A stretch of 64,000 nucleotides of DNA from an uncultured Methanosarcinales archaeon (GCA_964510025.1 CAZDZV010000006.1:11143-75142); one strand, 5' to 3'. Shown: positions 46,609 through 56,365, numbered from the stretch's first letter. Made by a program: numbers and translations. Notes: generated from the sequence alone by a model not told the origin.

Positions 46609-47019
46609 CTATTTTAGCCTTCTTATCATCTTAAGCGCAGATTCAACGCTTCTTTTTGCATAGCTTTCTATTCTCTTTATGCCGTCTGCCCGGGTCATCT
46701 TGGGTCCTGAAATTCCCAAAGACACCGGTTTGCCTGACTGTACGCTTATGTCTGCGATCTTTCTTGCTGCGTTATTGGCCACGATCTGATCATGGTCTGT
46801 ATCTCCCTCTACAACCGCGCCTAAGCAGACTACCCCGTCAATTTCTTTCCTCTTGACAAGCTTGCTTACCGCGAGGGGTATATCAAAAGCTCCTGGCACC
46901 CTTATTGTCTTGGCTGCCGTTGCTCCCAAAAATCCCGCATGCTCTTGTGCAATCTTGCTCATAAGATGGGTTATATCTGCGTTGTAGTCTGAGACCACAA
47001 ATCCTAGCTTTTCGTTCAT
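46609..47019 (-). CDS. ribH: 6,7-dimethyl-8-ribityllumazine synthase
   Basis: 136 aa. VSDYNADIT ... VPGAFDIPLAV ... VCLGAVVEGDTDH are conserved lumazine synthase blocks. Confidence 0.75.
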   Translation of the reverse strand: MNEKLGFVVSDYNADITHLMSKIAQEHAGFLGATAAKTIRVPGAFDIPLAVSKLVKRKEIDGVVCLGAVVEGDTDHDQIVANNAARKIADISVQSGKPVSLGISGPKMTRADGIKRIESYAKRSVESALKMIRRLK

Positions 47020-47540
47020 TTTTTTGCCTCCACCTGATCTCTGAATTTGATCAGGTACTTATCATAATCATAAACCCTTGCACCCCTGACCCCGAAGATA
47101 TATGCTAAATTCACTTTCAAGAAATCAGTGACGTCGAATCCATTTCCGTCCCATCGGGTGAAGTATCTTCCGTCACGATAATAGAAAGACGCATAGCCGG
47201 CTTGGGCCAGAGCAGCCAGATTGCCGGGTGTCAGGTCGGTATTTGGCTGGGAATATGCCCTTACTAGAGCCGTTAGCTCCGTTTGATACACTCCAATATC
47301 GGCCTTAGGTAGCATTTCTGAAATTGCCTTTCTTAAAGCTTTGCGCTTTCTTGTTCTAACCAAGTTAGTTGCCATTGTTCTTCTTTGTAAAAAGTCTGAA
47401 TCTCTAGGTACCGGCTGTCTTCCTGTTCTGTAGGCTCTTTCTTCCGAATATAGACTGTCTATGTCATATCTCGCTATCTCCCTTTCTGCTAAGAAATTCC
47501 TGTTTCGGATTCTTCCTGTCAGCAGCTGCATCCTGGTCAT
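47016..47540 (-). CDS. Uncharacterised protein embedded in the riboflavin operon
   Basis: 174 aa, 4-nt overlaps on both sides (ribC upstream, ribH downstream). No recognised motif. Confidence 0.3.
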   Translation of the reverse strand: MTRMQLLTGRIRNRNFLAEREIARYDIDSLYSEERAYRTGRQPVPRDSDFLQRRTMATNLVRTRKRKALRKAISEMLPKADIGVYQTELTALVRAYSQPNTDLTPGNLAALAQAGYASFYYRDGRYFTRWDGNGFDVTDFLKVNLAYIFGVRGARVYDYDKYLIKFRDQVEAKK

Positions 47541-48004
47541 CTGATTCCACCTGCATCTGATTTGCCCTGCCTGACGCCCTTGCCTGCCTTCATCTTTAGC
47601 TTGTCCTTTCCTGTTGCAAGCGCTATTGTATTCAAGGCATGGTCATAGGTCCGGTTGTAGACAATATCATAAAGTTCCTTGTCGCCCTGTGCCTCATCCA
47701 GGTGCACAAAAACCTCGATTATGTGCTTGTTGGCCAGAAGCTGGACAGTGATTATGCCCTGAGAAGCCTCATGCGCGCATGTCTTGTCAACTGGCTTATC
47801 CCCTGGCATCCCCAAAGCCATACATATATCGCAGCTATGCTCTTCAAAAAGCTTCTTGCATGCGACAGGCAGATCTTTAACGCCCGGTACAGTATACCTC
47901 TCAATCTTGATTCCGCTTAGCATACTATCGTCTACAGCCTTCCTCACTATATGGTACATGTCCACCCTGGCGAACATTGTATCTGCTATGCCTATCTTAA
48001 TCAT
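47537..48004 (-). CDS. ribC: Archaeal-type riboflavin synthase (RibC, MJ1184-like)
   Basis: 155 aa. IGIADTMFARVDM ... VPGVKDLPVACKKL ... MALGMPG ... CAHEASQG ... NKHIIEVFVH closely parallels the archaeal riboflavin synthase family. Confidence 0.75.
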   Translation of the reverse strand: MIKIGIADTMFARVDMYHIVRKAVDDSMLSGIKIERYTVPGVKDLPVACKKLFEEHSCDICMALGMPGDKPVDKTCAHEASQGIITVQLLANKHIIEVFVHLDEAQGDKELYDIVYNRTYDHALNTIALATGKDKLKMKAGKGVRQGKSDAGGIR

Positions 48005-48018
48005 GCTGCACCCCCAGA

Positions 48019-48657
48019 TTATTTCGTTATAATGACAGTATCACTTTCATTGATCTTTAGGTATTTTCTAAGATTAACAGGCGAGATTATCTCAATAATA
48101 TCCTCGCCATGCCTGGTTCTTTCAGGAACAACTATAGCTGCTTGTTTCCCCCCTAGCTTTATCTTGTAGCATTTCAATGAACCGAATGTCCTCTCTTTTG
48201 TTTTAAACCCTGATATTTTTATTTCTTCTAGGTCAGATAAAAACAACAAAAGCGATTCCTTGTCTATCTTGACATTTAGTGTGCCTGGATAGGCCTCAAA
48301 CCCGAGTCTGCTGTTGAACTGCCTCTGATAATTTAATTGGGATACATAATATGACCCTTCTCCTATTCCTGATTTCACAGAACCTTCTAAAGAATCTTTA
48401 GCATCAAATAATTTTCTTATCCTGCAATAGTGTTCTTTTAAGAAGCTCCTGCCTTTTTCATCAATATTTAATACAACACCACTTGTAGATGCTAGCCGTC
48501 TTATGAGCCCAGACTGCTCCATTTCCCGCAATTTTCTGCTTATGGACTGTTGGGATAAACCAAATTTTTTGGCTAACTTAATAGTGGATGTTTCAAACTT
48601 GCCAAAAAATCCGCCTTTTTTCGCGATATGGACTAGTAGCTCCAGATATTCATACAT
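48019..48657 (-). CDS. ribK: CTP-dependent riboflavin kinase with N-terminal wHTH (RbkR-like)
   Basis: N-terminal LELLVHIAKKGG ... LAKKFGLSQQSISRKLREMEQSGLI (HTH). C-terminal GFEAYPGTLNVKI ... PERTRHGEDIIEIISP (archaeal RibK). Confidence 0.65.
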   Translation of the reverse strand: MYEYLELLVHIAKKGGFFGKFETSTIKLAKKFGLSQQSISRKLREMEQSGLIRRLASTSGVVLNIDEKGRSFLKEHYCRIRKLFDAKDSLEGSVKSGIGEGSYYVSQLNYQRQFNSRLGFEAYPGTLNVKIDKESLLLFLSDLEEIKISGFKTKERTFGSLKCYKIKLGGKQAAIVVPERTRHGEDIIEIISPVNLRKYLKINESDTVIITK

Positions 48658-48762
48658 ATCTTATAGGAATAAGTAGATACTTATAAATTTTATGATACTT
48701 ATAGATGAGTAATTAAAGATAAACAAAAAATATTATAAAACAAGCTGCAACATTGATCATAG

Positions 48763-49944
48763 ATGCAAAAAAAGCTGCTTATTGTTGGCATTGATCCTGG
48801 CACTACTCTAGCCTATGCAGCTATCGATACAGCGGGTAATCTGGTCAGAGTATTCTCAAAAAAAAATATTGATCTTAGCACCCTGATTGCTCACCTGATT
48901 GGTTTGGGCAAGCCGCTGGTTATTACCGGAGATAAAGAGCATACGCCGGAATTTGTGCAAAAGGTGGCTGTGAAGGTTGGTGCGAAGGTAGTGTCCCCAA
49001 GCTACGATCTCAAGGTAGAAGAGAAAAGGAGACTGGTAAAGGAATATGATACTAACAACCAGCATGAGATTGATGCCCTTGCATCTGCCTTCTTTGCTCT
49101 TAACAAGGTAAGCCCGTTGCTAAAAAAGATAGATATCTTCGTGAAACACTATGGCAAAGAGAAGATAAGGAACGAGCTTATAGAATTTGTGGTCGGAAAA
49201 GAGCTTAATATAAAAGATGCGGCCGATATCATCGAAGAGCCTGAAAAAGAGGAAGTGAAGATAATTAAGGATGTTGTTGATGAGAAAAAGTTGTCTGAAA
49301 AAGACTTCCTCCAGCTATACAGGAAATATAAGGATGCACTAGAAGATATTGAATTGCTGAGAAATCAGAATAACAAGCTAAGGGACAGGCTGAAACAGAT
49401 AAAGAAGGACTATACATATATGTTTCAGAAAGCCACAAGATCTCAGTTGGATGATAAGTTGCAGTCCTTATTGACCTTCAAGGAAAGAAGACTAAAGGTC
49501 TATGACAGCCAGATCAGGCAAAAGGAGAACGGAATAAAGGAAATGCAGGATGAGATAACTACCTTGATCTATTTCTTATCAAATGTAGGTTCAAATATCC
49601 TGTTGAAGAAATTAGACAATTTAGGTACCAAGGAATTTCAGAAAAAGGAGGAGATTCTGAATATATCCGAAGGTGATGTCCTGCTGGTTAAAGACCCGGA
49701 CATAATAAGCGACAGCGTGGTTGACAAAATAAGAGATAAGGTAAACTATATATTCTATAAGAAAAAGGTCAGTAGGAAAATAAAGGAAAAGCTGCCTTTT
49801 GTTTTTATTGACTCGGGGAAAATCAGGATCGAGGAAAACAGTTATTTTGCTATCACCGACAAAGACAGGTTTAATGCGCTAAAAGGCGATCAGGACCTGA
49901 TAAAGGATATTGTCAACAACTATCAGAAAAGCAGAAAAGTCTAA
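48763..49944 (+). CDS. DUF460 archaeal protein (RNase H-like fold)
   Basis: LLIVGIDPGTTLAYAAIDTAGNLV ... LVITGDKEHTPEFV N-terminal block characteristic of DUF460, plus a long coiled-coil C-terminus. Confidence 0.5.
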   Translation: MQKKLLIVGIDPGTTLAYAAIDTAGNLVRVFSKKNIDLSTLIAHLIGLGKPLVITGDKEHTPEFVQKVAVKVGAKVVSPSYDLKVEEKRRLVKEYDTNNQHEIDALASAFFALNKVSPLLKKIDIFVKHYGKEKIRNELIEFVVGKELNIKDAADIIEEPEKEEVKIIKDVVDEKKLSEKDFLQLYRKYKDALEDIELLRNQNNKLRDRLKQIKKDYTYMFQKATRSQLDDKLQSLLTFKERRLKVYDSQIRQKENGIKEMQDEITTLIYFLSNVGSNILLKKLDNLGTKEFQKKEEILNISEGDVLLVKDPDIISDSVVDKIRDKVNYIFYKKKVSRKIKEKLPFVFIDSGKIRIEENSYFAITDKDRFNALKGDQDLIKDIVNNYQKSRKV

Positions 49945-50240
49945 TAAAAACGGAACAAGACAGTTACTCTATATACTTGCCTGCTGGTAAGCCTGTTCTT
50001 TGAATGCAGTCTTCTCGAAATCTTCAGCTCTCCTTTAAAGCTTTTCTTCAGCTTCTTGCCCAGGGAAAGCAGAAATCTGTTCGAAGATATATAATAGTCC
50101 ACCCCTGTCTTCAGCTTCTCAACCTTGGCAATCCATGCTTTCTCGTTGTTCTTAAATTGGTTTTTGATAAACCTGAATGCTTCTTCATCAGGATTTCTTA
50201 GCTGCAGTATTCCCTCAAAATATTGCGGATTTTTTTCCAT
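49941..50240 (-). CDS. Hypothetical small basic protein
   Basis: 99 aa, no recognised motif. Divergent from the signal peptidase gene. Confidence 0.25.
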   Translation of the reverse strand: MEKNPQYFEGILQLRNPDEEAFRFIKNQFKNNEKAWIAKVEKLKTGVDYYISSNRFLLSLGKKLKKSFKGELKISRRLHSKNRLTSRQVYRVTVLFRFY

Positions 50241-50340
50241 GATATTGTTGATATATCTTTTTTTAAATAACTATCTATATTTTTAACTGAATCTCCCTAA
50301 ATAGAAAGCTTTTTATTTAGGCCGTGAACCAATCATAAGG

Positions 50341-50946
50341 ATGGGCAAAAAAAATAATTTTTTAAAAGGTGTCAAAAAAACCTGGAAGTTTATATGGGAG
50401 GATGACAGTCTCCTGAGCTGGATTCTGAACATAATCCTGGCCTTTGTACTCATCAAGTTTATTGTGTATCCCGGCCTGGGTTTTGTTCTTTCGACATCTC
50501 ATCCTATTGTTGCTGTTGTTTCAGGATCTATGGAACATGACCAGGCTTTTGACGGTTGGTGGGAATCAAATGGGGAATGGTATGTTAGTGCTGGGATCAC
50601 CAAAGAGCAGTTTGCAGGTTTCGATTTTCAAGATGGCTTTAATAAAGGCGACATAATGATACTTAGGGGCATAAAAACAAAAGATATAAAAATAGGGGAA
50701 GTGATTGTTTTTGAGAGCAAAAGACCTGACCCCATAATACATAGGGTAGTGAAGAAATGGGAGCAGGATAATGATTACCTGTTTCAGACAAAAGGGGATA
50801 ATAATATCGGCTCTATAAAATCGCCGTATCTGGATGAGACAACTATCGGAGAAGAACGGATCATCGGTAAGGCAGTATTTCGGGTTCCCCTGCTAGGCTA
50901 TATCAAGATATGGTTTGTGGAGCTTATCCAGTTGTTTACAAGGTGA
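50341..50946 (+). CDS. Signal peptidase I (archaeal/eukaryal S26B type)
   Basis: TM anchor, then AVVSGSMEHD (catalytic Ser box) and a DIMILRG-type box. Confidence 0.6.
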   Translation: MGKKNNFLKGVKKTWKFIWEDDSLLSWILNIILAFVLIKFIVYPGLGFVLSTSHPIVAVVSGSMEHDQAFDGWWESNGEWYVSAGITKEQFAGFDFQDGFNKGDIMILRGIKTKDIKIGEVIVFESKRPDPIIHRVVKKWEQDNDYLFQTKGDNNIGSIKSPYLDETTIGEERIIGKAVFRVPLLGYIKIWFVELIQLFTR

Positions 50947-50950
50947 GAAT

Positions 50951-51271
50951 ATGTTTTGTCCAAAATGCGGTTCAATATTGGTGCCAAAAAAAGAAGGTAA
51001 AAAGACAGTAGTTAAGTGCTCCTGCGGCTATAAGGCAAAAAACCAGGAATCTACCATAATCCGTGAGGAGGTGGTGGATAATACTAAAGAAGTAGAGCTT
51101 ATTGATGATGATAAAAGCCTTGAGACCCTGCCTAAGATGAAGGCAGAATGCCCAAAATGCCAGAACAATGAGGCTTATTTCTGGGAAGTGCAGACCAGAG
51201 CTTCAGATGAGCCCGCAACCAAATTTCTTAAGTGCACGAAATGCAAGCATGTGTGGCGGGACTATAATTAA
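50951..51271 (+). CDS. tfs: Transcription factor S / RNAP subunit M
   Basis: MFCPKCGS...CSCGY N-terminal Zn ribbon and C-terminal CPKCQNNEAYFWEVQTRASDEPATKFLKCTKCKHVW (TFIIS-type Zn ribbon with acidic hairpin DE). Start moved to ATG 50951. Confidence 0.8.
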   Translation: MFCPKCGSILVPKKEGKKTVVKCSCGYKAKNQESTIIREEVVDNTKEVELIDDDKSLETLPKMKAECPKCQNNEAYFWEVQTRASDEPATKFLKCTKCKHVWRDYN

Positions 51272-51813
51272 AGTATATAAGGGTTATTTCTAGCTTGCTC
51301 GAGAACACCTACTAGCTGCACCAGGCCCTCAGCTCCTGGAAACCCATTGCCTATATAGCCTCTTGCTCTAAGAATATCGCATGCGTCCCTGAATTCGTCC
51401 CCGCCGCCTGTCACCATCACAACAGCAATACGTTGGGTAGCAGCATCTCTCCCAAGCAAAGCCAGGGTTTCAATGCCTGATTCATCATGAGAATAAGACA
51501 GGGTGTTTCCTGTTCTTGGATGTACAATCTGGATTCTCCTGCTATCAACAGGCTCTCCTTGAACTAATCTTTTTGTGCTATAATTTACAGCTAAGAAAAC
51601 CATCAGTGGATCTAGTTCCCTTACCCTATCAGCTACAGACTCAGGGGTTGTTTCGGCTGAAACAGCTTCTGCAACAGCATCATAACCAGCATCCTTCAGC
51701 GTACTTATGTAAAGATCCGCTAACTCAGTTCTAGGATGAAACACTGCAATCTTATTTGGCATACAGGATATGTATAAAGCTTTACTATATAAATGTTTGT
51801 ATTTAGTTATCAC
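51268..51813 (-). CDS. Hypothetical Rossmann-like protein
   Basis: 181 aa, no confident family. Confidence 0.25.
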   Translation of the reverse strand: MITKYKHLYSKALYISCMPNKIAVFHPRTELADLYISTLKDAGYDAVAEAVSAETTPESVADRVRELDPLMVFLAVNYSTKRLVQGEPVDSRRIQIVHPRTGNTLSYSHDESGIETLALLGRDAATQRIAVVMVTGGGDEFRDACDILRARGYIGNGFPGAEGLVQLVGVLEQARNNPYIL

Positions 51814-52036
51814 TTTTAAGTGATGACTGCCCTACAAACCTAGAATTCTGCAATTTTAGGCTTTAATGCGTCTTTCATGCAAGACATGAATAACGACTCT
51901 GTGCTTCTCTTTGATCGGCCCACATCGGCTTTCTATTTTCATTGAGCCCATTTTATTTATATATAGGCAAGATAATGCTTTGATAATATATAAAAGCTGT
52001 GTTTATTTTGGGGAATTTGTGAGTCGACAAATCCCT

Positions 52037-52966
52037 CTAAATTATGATGTCTTTTAGGATTCCTTGTTTTACTAATTCGATATTTATCAAGTAATCATTA
52101 TGCAGAAAAGTTTCAAATAATGATTTCTTTGTTGTTTTCCATCCAAGACCATCGGTAATCCAAATTAAGTCGATTCCTTGTTTTCTTAAGAAGTCTGATA
52201 AGTACTGATATTCACCAGCTGTTGACTTTAATTTTGACCCACCGCCACTATAATAATTGGTTTCAATTACAAAAATCTTATTTTTTGATTTCTCAAATAC
52301 TGCAAAATCAAATATTCGATTGGTTTTATCAAGTTCAATATCAAAATTCCATTTCTCCTTGATCTTTTTTTGTGTTGCTTGCGGAATGTAGTCCAAGTTA
52401 TTTTTCTCTGAGAATTTCAGTATTATCTTCTCAACAATGCTCTCCATTGATTGACCTGTACGGTTTTTTCTTGCATTTGTATCCATTCCTACTTCGACAC
52501 CAAAGCAATAGTCAACAATATTCTTAACATTTTTATCTTTGAATATACTTTTTAATCCCGATTCCTTAAAGAAAATTAGTATGTCTTCTCTTATATCTGA
52601 AGTAAGCTCAACATCAGGATTAAATAATTCCAGTTTACTACCAGACTTTAGCTCTTCAAAATCATCAATGATGTTTACTGCCTTTAATTTGCTTTTTCTG
52701 ATAGCAATGAGAATTGGAAGAACCTTTCTTACATTTGGATATTCAGTAATAAGTTCAATGAATTCTTTTTCTATATCGCTTTTTCCAATTAACACATTAA
52801 GAAGATTTAGCTCTTTTTCAATTAAGTGAGTGTTATTCTTAACTTTCTCAAAATCAACAAAATAATCCCATGTAAATATGGAATCTGTCAAAGTTTGTAC
52901 AAGATAGTCAAATATCCCTTTCTCATCTTTTAGGTTTAATTTTTCATATGTTTGTAAGTATTTCAT
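52037..52966 (-). CDS. Putative type II restriction endonuclease (DpnII/MboI-like by context)
   Basis: 309 aa, 10 bp downstream of a Dam-class MTase in an operon with two MTases, the dpnM-dpnA-dpnB-like arrangement. Family assignment is contextual, not motif-based. Confidence 0.45.
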   Translation of the reverse strand: MKYLQTYEKLNLKDEKGIFDYLVQTLTDSIFTWDYFVDFEKVKNNTHLIEKELNLLNVLIGKSDIEKEFIELITEYPNVRKVLPILIAIRKSKLKAVNIIDDFEELKSGSKLELFNPDVELTSDIREDILIFFKESGLKSIFKDKNVKNIVDYCFGVEVGMDTNARKNRTGQSMESIVEKIILKFSEKNNLDYIPQATQKKIKEKWNFDIELDKTNRIFDFAVFEKSKNKIFVIETNYYSGGGSKLKSTAGEYQYLSDFLRKQGIDLIWITDGLGWKTTKKSLFETFLHNDYLINIELVKQGILKDIII

Positions 52967-52975
52967 TTCTTCACC

Positions 52976-53809
52976 TTAATAGTTTGTAACGACAACTTCA
53001 TTTATCTTTCCCCTTTTGTCCCCATTACAATTGATCATTCTTGTTGCCTGAACAAAATGGATTTCATAATTAGGATATAATTCTTTAATAAATTTTGTAT
53101 CGCTATTGCTTAACATCACAAGGCAACCATTATCATCCAGTTTTTTGAATACTTCAGCAAGCTGTTTCTGCTCTTCTTCTAAAAATGTGTCTTTTGTGTA
53201 GGTTGTAAAACTCTTTCCTTTTTTAAGTGGATAATAAGGAGGATCAAAATAAATAAAGTCTCCTTTATTTGCTAGATTAACAACCTTTTCGAAAGACATT
53301 ACTTTAATCGTAACATTTTTCAATAATTCTGAAACTAGTCTTAATCTATCTTCTTGGACAATATCTGGATTTTTGTAGGAACCCATCGGAACGTTGAATT
53401 TTCCCTTTGAGTTTACTCTATATAGTCCATTGAAGCAAGTCTTATTTAAATAAATGAATCGTGCTGCTCTTTCAAGAGAAGGTAATTCTTTTGGATTTGT
53501 TGCACGAATTGTTAAATAATATTTTTTGCCTTCAACCATATGATATTCCTTATGCTGTTTTAATTCAATTATTAATCTCTCTACATCACCCCTTATGGTT
53601 TCGTAAGCATTGATTAATTCTTCATTTATGTCTGAAATAATAATTTCAGAAGGATTAAACTTTTGAATTATATAGAAGAAAACTGCTCCGCTACCAACAA
53701 AAGGCTCTAAATAGCGATTAAACTTCTTTGGAAATAATGGCTCAAACTGTTCTAAAAGTTGACCTTTACCGCCTGCCCATTTAACAAATTTGGGGATTTG
53801 GATATTCAT
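52976..53809 (-). CDS. Dam-class (alpha) N6-adenine DNA methyltransferase
   Basis: KWAGGKGQLL (motif X), EPFVGSGAVFF (motif I), IYFDPPYY (motif IV), in alpha order. Confidence 0.85.
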   Translation of the reverse strand: MNIQIPKFVKWAGGKGQLLEQFEPLFPKKFNRYLEPFVGSGAVFFYIIQKFNPSEIIISDINEELINAYETIRGDVERLIIELKQHKEYHMVEGKKYYLTIRATNPKELPSLERAARFIYLNKTCFNGLYRVNSKGKFNVPMGSYKNPDIVQEDRLRLVSELLKNVTIKVMSFEKVVNLANKGDFIYFDPPYYPLKKGKSFTTYTKDTFLEEEQKQLAEVFKKLDDNGCLVMLSNSDTKFIKELYPNYEIHFVQATRMINCNGDKRGKINEVVVTNY

Positions 53810-55563
53810 TTTTTATTCTCCACCAATTCAGAAACAAATACTTTTAAATTGTCTGTTACCAAATAACTTTTTTCTAATAATTTTTCACATATCATCTTAC
53901 AAATATACTTTTTCAACCCTTCATCACAGAAATTAATCACTTCTTTATCTGAATTTTTACTTTTTATCTTTTCAGTTGCAAAATTCAAAATTTCACTATT
54001 ATTATATGCCTGATTTGTTCTTTCCTTAAATTCATCATAAGCCATAATAGTATAGTGGTTTCTTTTATCTTTTAAAAATTCATTAATTGTTTCTAAAATT
54101 AATTTTGGTTCAAAAATATCTTCAATCTCAAAATTAGCTACATTATTTTCATAATTATCAAAACGCTTAACATATTTACATTCTACACTAAAACAGTTAT
54201 ATGTTTTTGACTTTATTTGTTGAAATATACTTTTTCCAGCTGTATCAAAATCAAAAAGTGCGATAATTTTTGGCTTAAAAGATAGATTATTGCAAAACAA
54301 TTCTAGAAATTGTAGGTAACCTTTATATTTATCAACCCCTCCTGCAACAAGAATATTAGGTTTGATAATTTTTAGTTGTTCAAATAATGCAAATAAATAA
54401 TCTTTATCTTCCTGTCCTTCCACCAATAGATTGAAAGGCAAGATCTCCCAAGAATCATTCTTAGAAATTCCTAGGTGCTCTTTGACCATGTACACTTTTT
54501 CAATACCTGCAGCATTATTTATTCTTGTATTTACTTCATAGAATTTCTCGTCTTTTTTCCTGATGTATTCTTTTAATTGTATATCTGCTTCTAGCAAAAC
54601 TACTTCTTCCACTTTCTCAAGCCGTATAAAATTTGGAGAATGTGTATTAATAATGGTTTGATATTTTTTTGAAAGTTGAAACAAGATATCACTTACCCTT
54701 TTCTGAAGTGATGGTTGAAGAAATGCTTCTGGCTCGTCAAACCCCCAGATAATCTCTTTTCCAGTTTTATCAGATATATATTCGATTAAAGAGTATAAAA
54801 CAATTCTCTGAATTCCGCTCCCTTTTGTTTCAATTTTGTTTGAATTGCTATCAATCAGAGTAAAATCAATTAAATCAGATAAAACTTCTCGTAAGTTAAT
54901 GTATTTTGGGAATAGAATTTCTGCCCTCCATAATGAATTATCTATCCCATTAATTCCATTTGTATATTTTTTGATATTTTCAGTAAGTTCTTTTTTTATT
55001 TCTACTAATGCCTTTTCAGATTCTTCAATAAAAGTATTCAAATGTTCCATTGGTTTTGTTTTTCTTTTTCTCAGATTATCCAGGGGAGTTAATAATTCAT
55101 TACTAACAAACCTTGCAATCTCTTTAGAAGTGTCAATATTACTAGCTTCGACCATAATAAATTGATATTTATTTAGAACATTTTTACAATCTTTATCGCT
55201 CATTAGGGTTTCTTGTTTACCTTTTACTTTTATTTTGCCCTCTATCGTTAATGATTTGATTCCCTTTTTCTGCTCTTTATATGTTGTAGAAATAGTAATT
55301 CTATCTTGATTTTTATTAACAAATTCAGCTGTGATTTTTGTTCTGAATCCTGCTCCTCTTTTTCCATAGTAGATATGATGAGGAATATCCTCGTTAGCAT
55401 TAAATTTATTTTCGTCTAACGAGAAGAACAAATTTATAGCTCGTAATACATTTGTTTTACCAACATTATTTGAACCACAAATGATTTTATAGTTATCATT
55501 AGAGAAATCAATCTTTAACTTACTTATTGATCTGTAATTACTTATACTTATTTTCTTTAACAT
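53806..55563 (-). CDS. OLD-family ATP-dependent nuclease: ABC-type ATPase (AAA_15/21-like) fused to C-terminal Toprim
   Basis: Walker A ICGSNNVGKTNVLRAI, Walker B/D-loop IIWGFDEPEAFLQPS, Toprim glutamate LLVEGQEDKDYL and DxD LFDFDTAGKS. 4-nt overlap with the Dam gene start. Confidence 0.75.
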   Translation of the reverse strand: MLKKISISNYRSISKLKIDFSNDNYKIICGSNNVGKTNVLRAINLFFSLDENKFNANEDIPHHIYYGKRGAGFRTKITAEFVNKNQDRITISTTYKEQKKGIKSLTIEGKIKVKGKQETLMSDKDCKNVLNKYQFIMVEASNIDTSKEIARFVSNELLTPLDNLRKRKTKPMEHLNTFIEESEKALVEIKKELTENIKKYTNGINGIDNSLWRAEILFPKYINLREVLSDLIDFTLIDSNSNKIETKGSGIQRIVLYSLIEYISDKTGKEIIWGFDEPEAFLQPSLQKRVSDILFQLSKKYQTIINTHSPNFIRLEKVEEVVLLEADIQLKEYIRKKDEKFYEVNTRINNAAGIEKVYMVKEHLGISKNDSWEILPFNLLVEGQEDKDYLFALFEQLKIIKPNILVAGGVDKYKGYLQFLELFCNNLSFKPKIIALFDFDTAGKSIFQQIKSKTYNCFSVECKYVKRFDNYENNVANFEIEDIFEPKLILETINEFLKDKRNHYTIMAYDEFKERTNQAYNNSEILNFATEKIKSKNSDKEVINFCDEGLKKYICKMICEKLLEKSYLVTDNLKVFVSELVENKK

Positions 55564-55579
55564 TATTTCCCCAGTATAG

Positions 55580-56365
55580 TCAAATAAGCTTATTCTTTAT
55601 AGAGTTTATCCTTTTTATTGTGGTTTTTAAAAAATTCTCCTCTTTATCAATACCTATAAATTGTCGATTAAGCATACTTGATACAACCCCTGTAGTACCA
55701 GATCCATTAAATGGATCTAGTACAACGGCATTTTCTTTTGTTGAAGATGCGATAATTCTTCTCAATAATTCTATTGGCTTTTGAGTGGGATGCTTTCCAT
55801 GAGTCTTTTCGCTCATTGGAGTTAACGGAATATGCCAAATGCTCCTCATTTGTTTACCTTTTGGAGCAATATTATCATCCCATTCCCTCATTAAATCATA
55901 ATTAAAAACATGAGGAATCTTCCCATCTTTTCTTGCCCATAAAACAGTTTCATGTGCATGAGCAAAATACCTGCAGCTTAAATTTGGTGGTGCATTAGGT
56001 TTAAACCATGCAATTTCATTTAATAATTTGAAATTGAGCTTTTGTAACGCATATCCTACTTGGTATATATTATGCATTGTCCCAGAAATCCAAATAGTAC
56101 CATTATCTTTTAATACCTTACGACATGCATTTATCCATTCATAAGTGAATTTGAAATCTTTGTCTATTCCATTAGATTTATCCCAGTCTGCTTTATTAAC
56201 TGAGACCATTTTACCAGCCCTGCAAGAGATCCCTCCGTTAGATAGGAAATAAGGTGGATCTGCAAAAACCATATCAACAGATTTTTCAGGTAATGTGTTT
56301 AGAATACTAATACAATCATTATGGAAAAGTTGCACAGTTTCAGACTTGTAATAGGGTTTAATCAT
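55580..56365 (-). CDS. Beta-class N6-adenine/N4-cytosine DNA methyltransferase (DpnA-like)
   Basis: VFADPPYFLSNGG (motif IV) near the N-terminus and DPFNGSGTTG (motif I) near the C-terminus, the beta-class order. Confidence 0.8.
   Translation of the reverse strand: MIKPYYKSETVQLFHNDCISILNTLPEKSVDMVFADPPYFLSNGGISCRAGKMVSVNKADWDKSNGIDKDFKFTYEWINACRKVLKDNGTIWISGTMHNIYQVGYALQKLNFKLLNEIAWFKPNAPPNLSCRYFAHAHETVLWARKDGKIPHVFNYDLMREWDDNIAPKGKQMRSIWHIPLTPMSEKTHGKHPTQKPIELLRRIIASSTKENAVVLDPFNGSGTTGVVSSMLNRQFIGIDKEENFLKTTIKRINSIKNKLI

Noticed and set aside
51814-52036. Search for a tRNA gene or att site at the island boundaries (also 56366-56495, 58163-58215, 59382-59507)
   Set aside because: No GC-rich cloverleaf-capable segment and no convincing long direct repeat found by eye. 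Only short words (TATCACTT) are shared, which is insignificant in AT-rich DNA. Needs computational confirmation.
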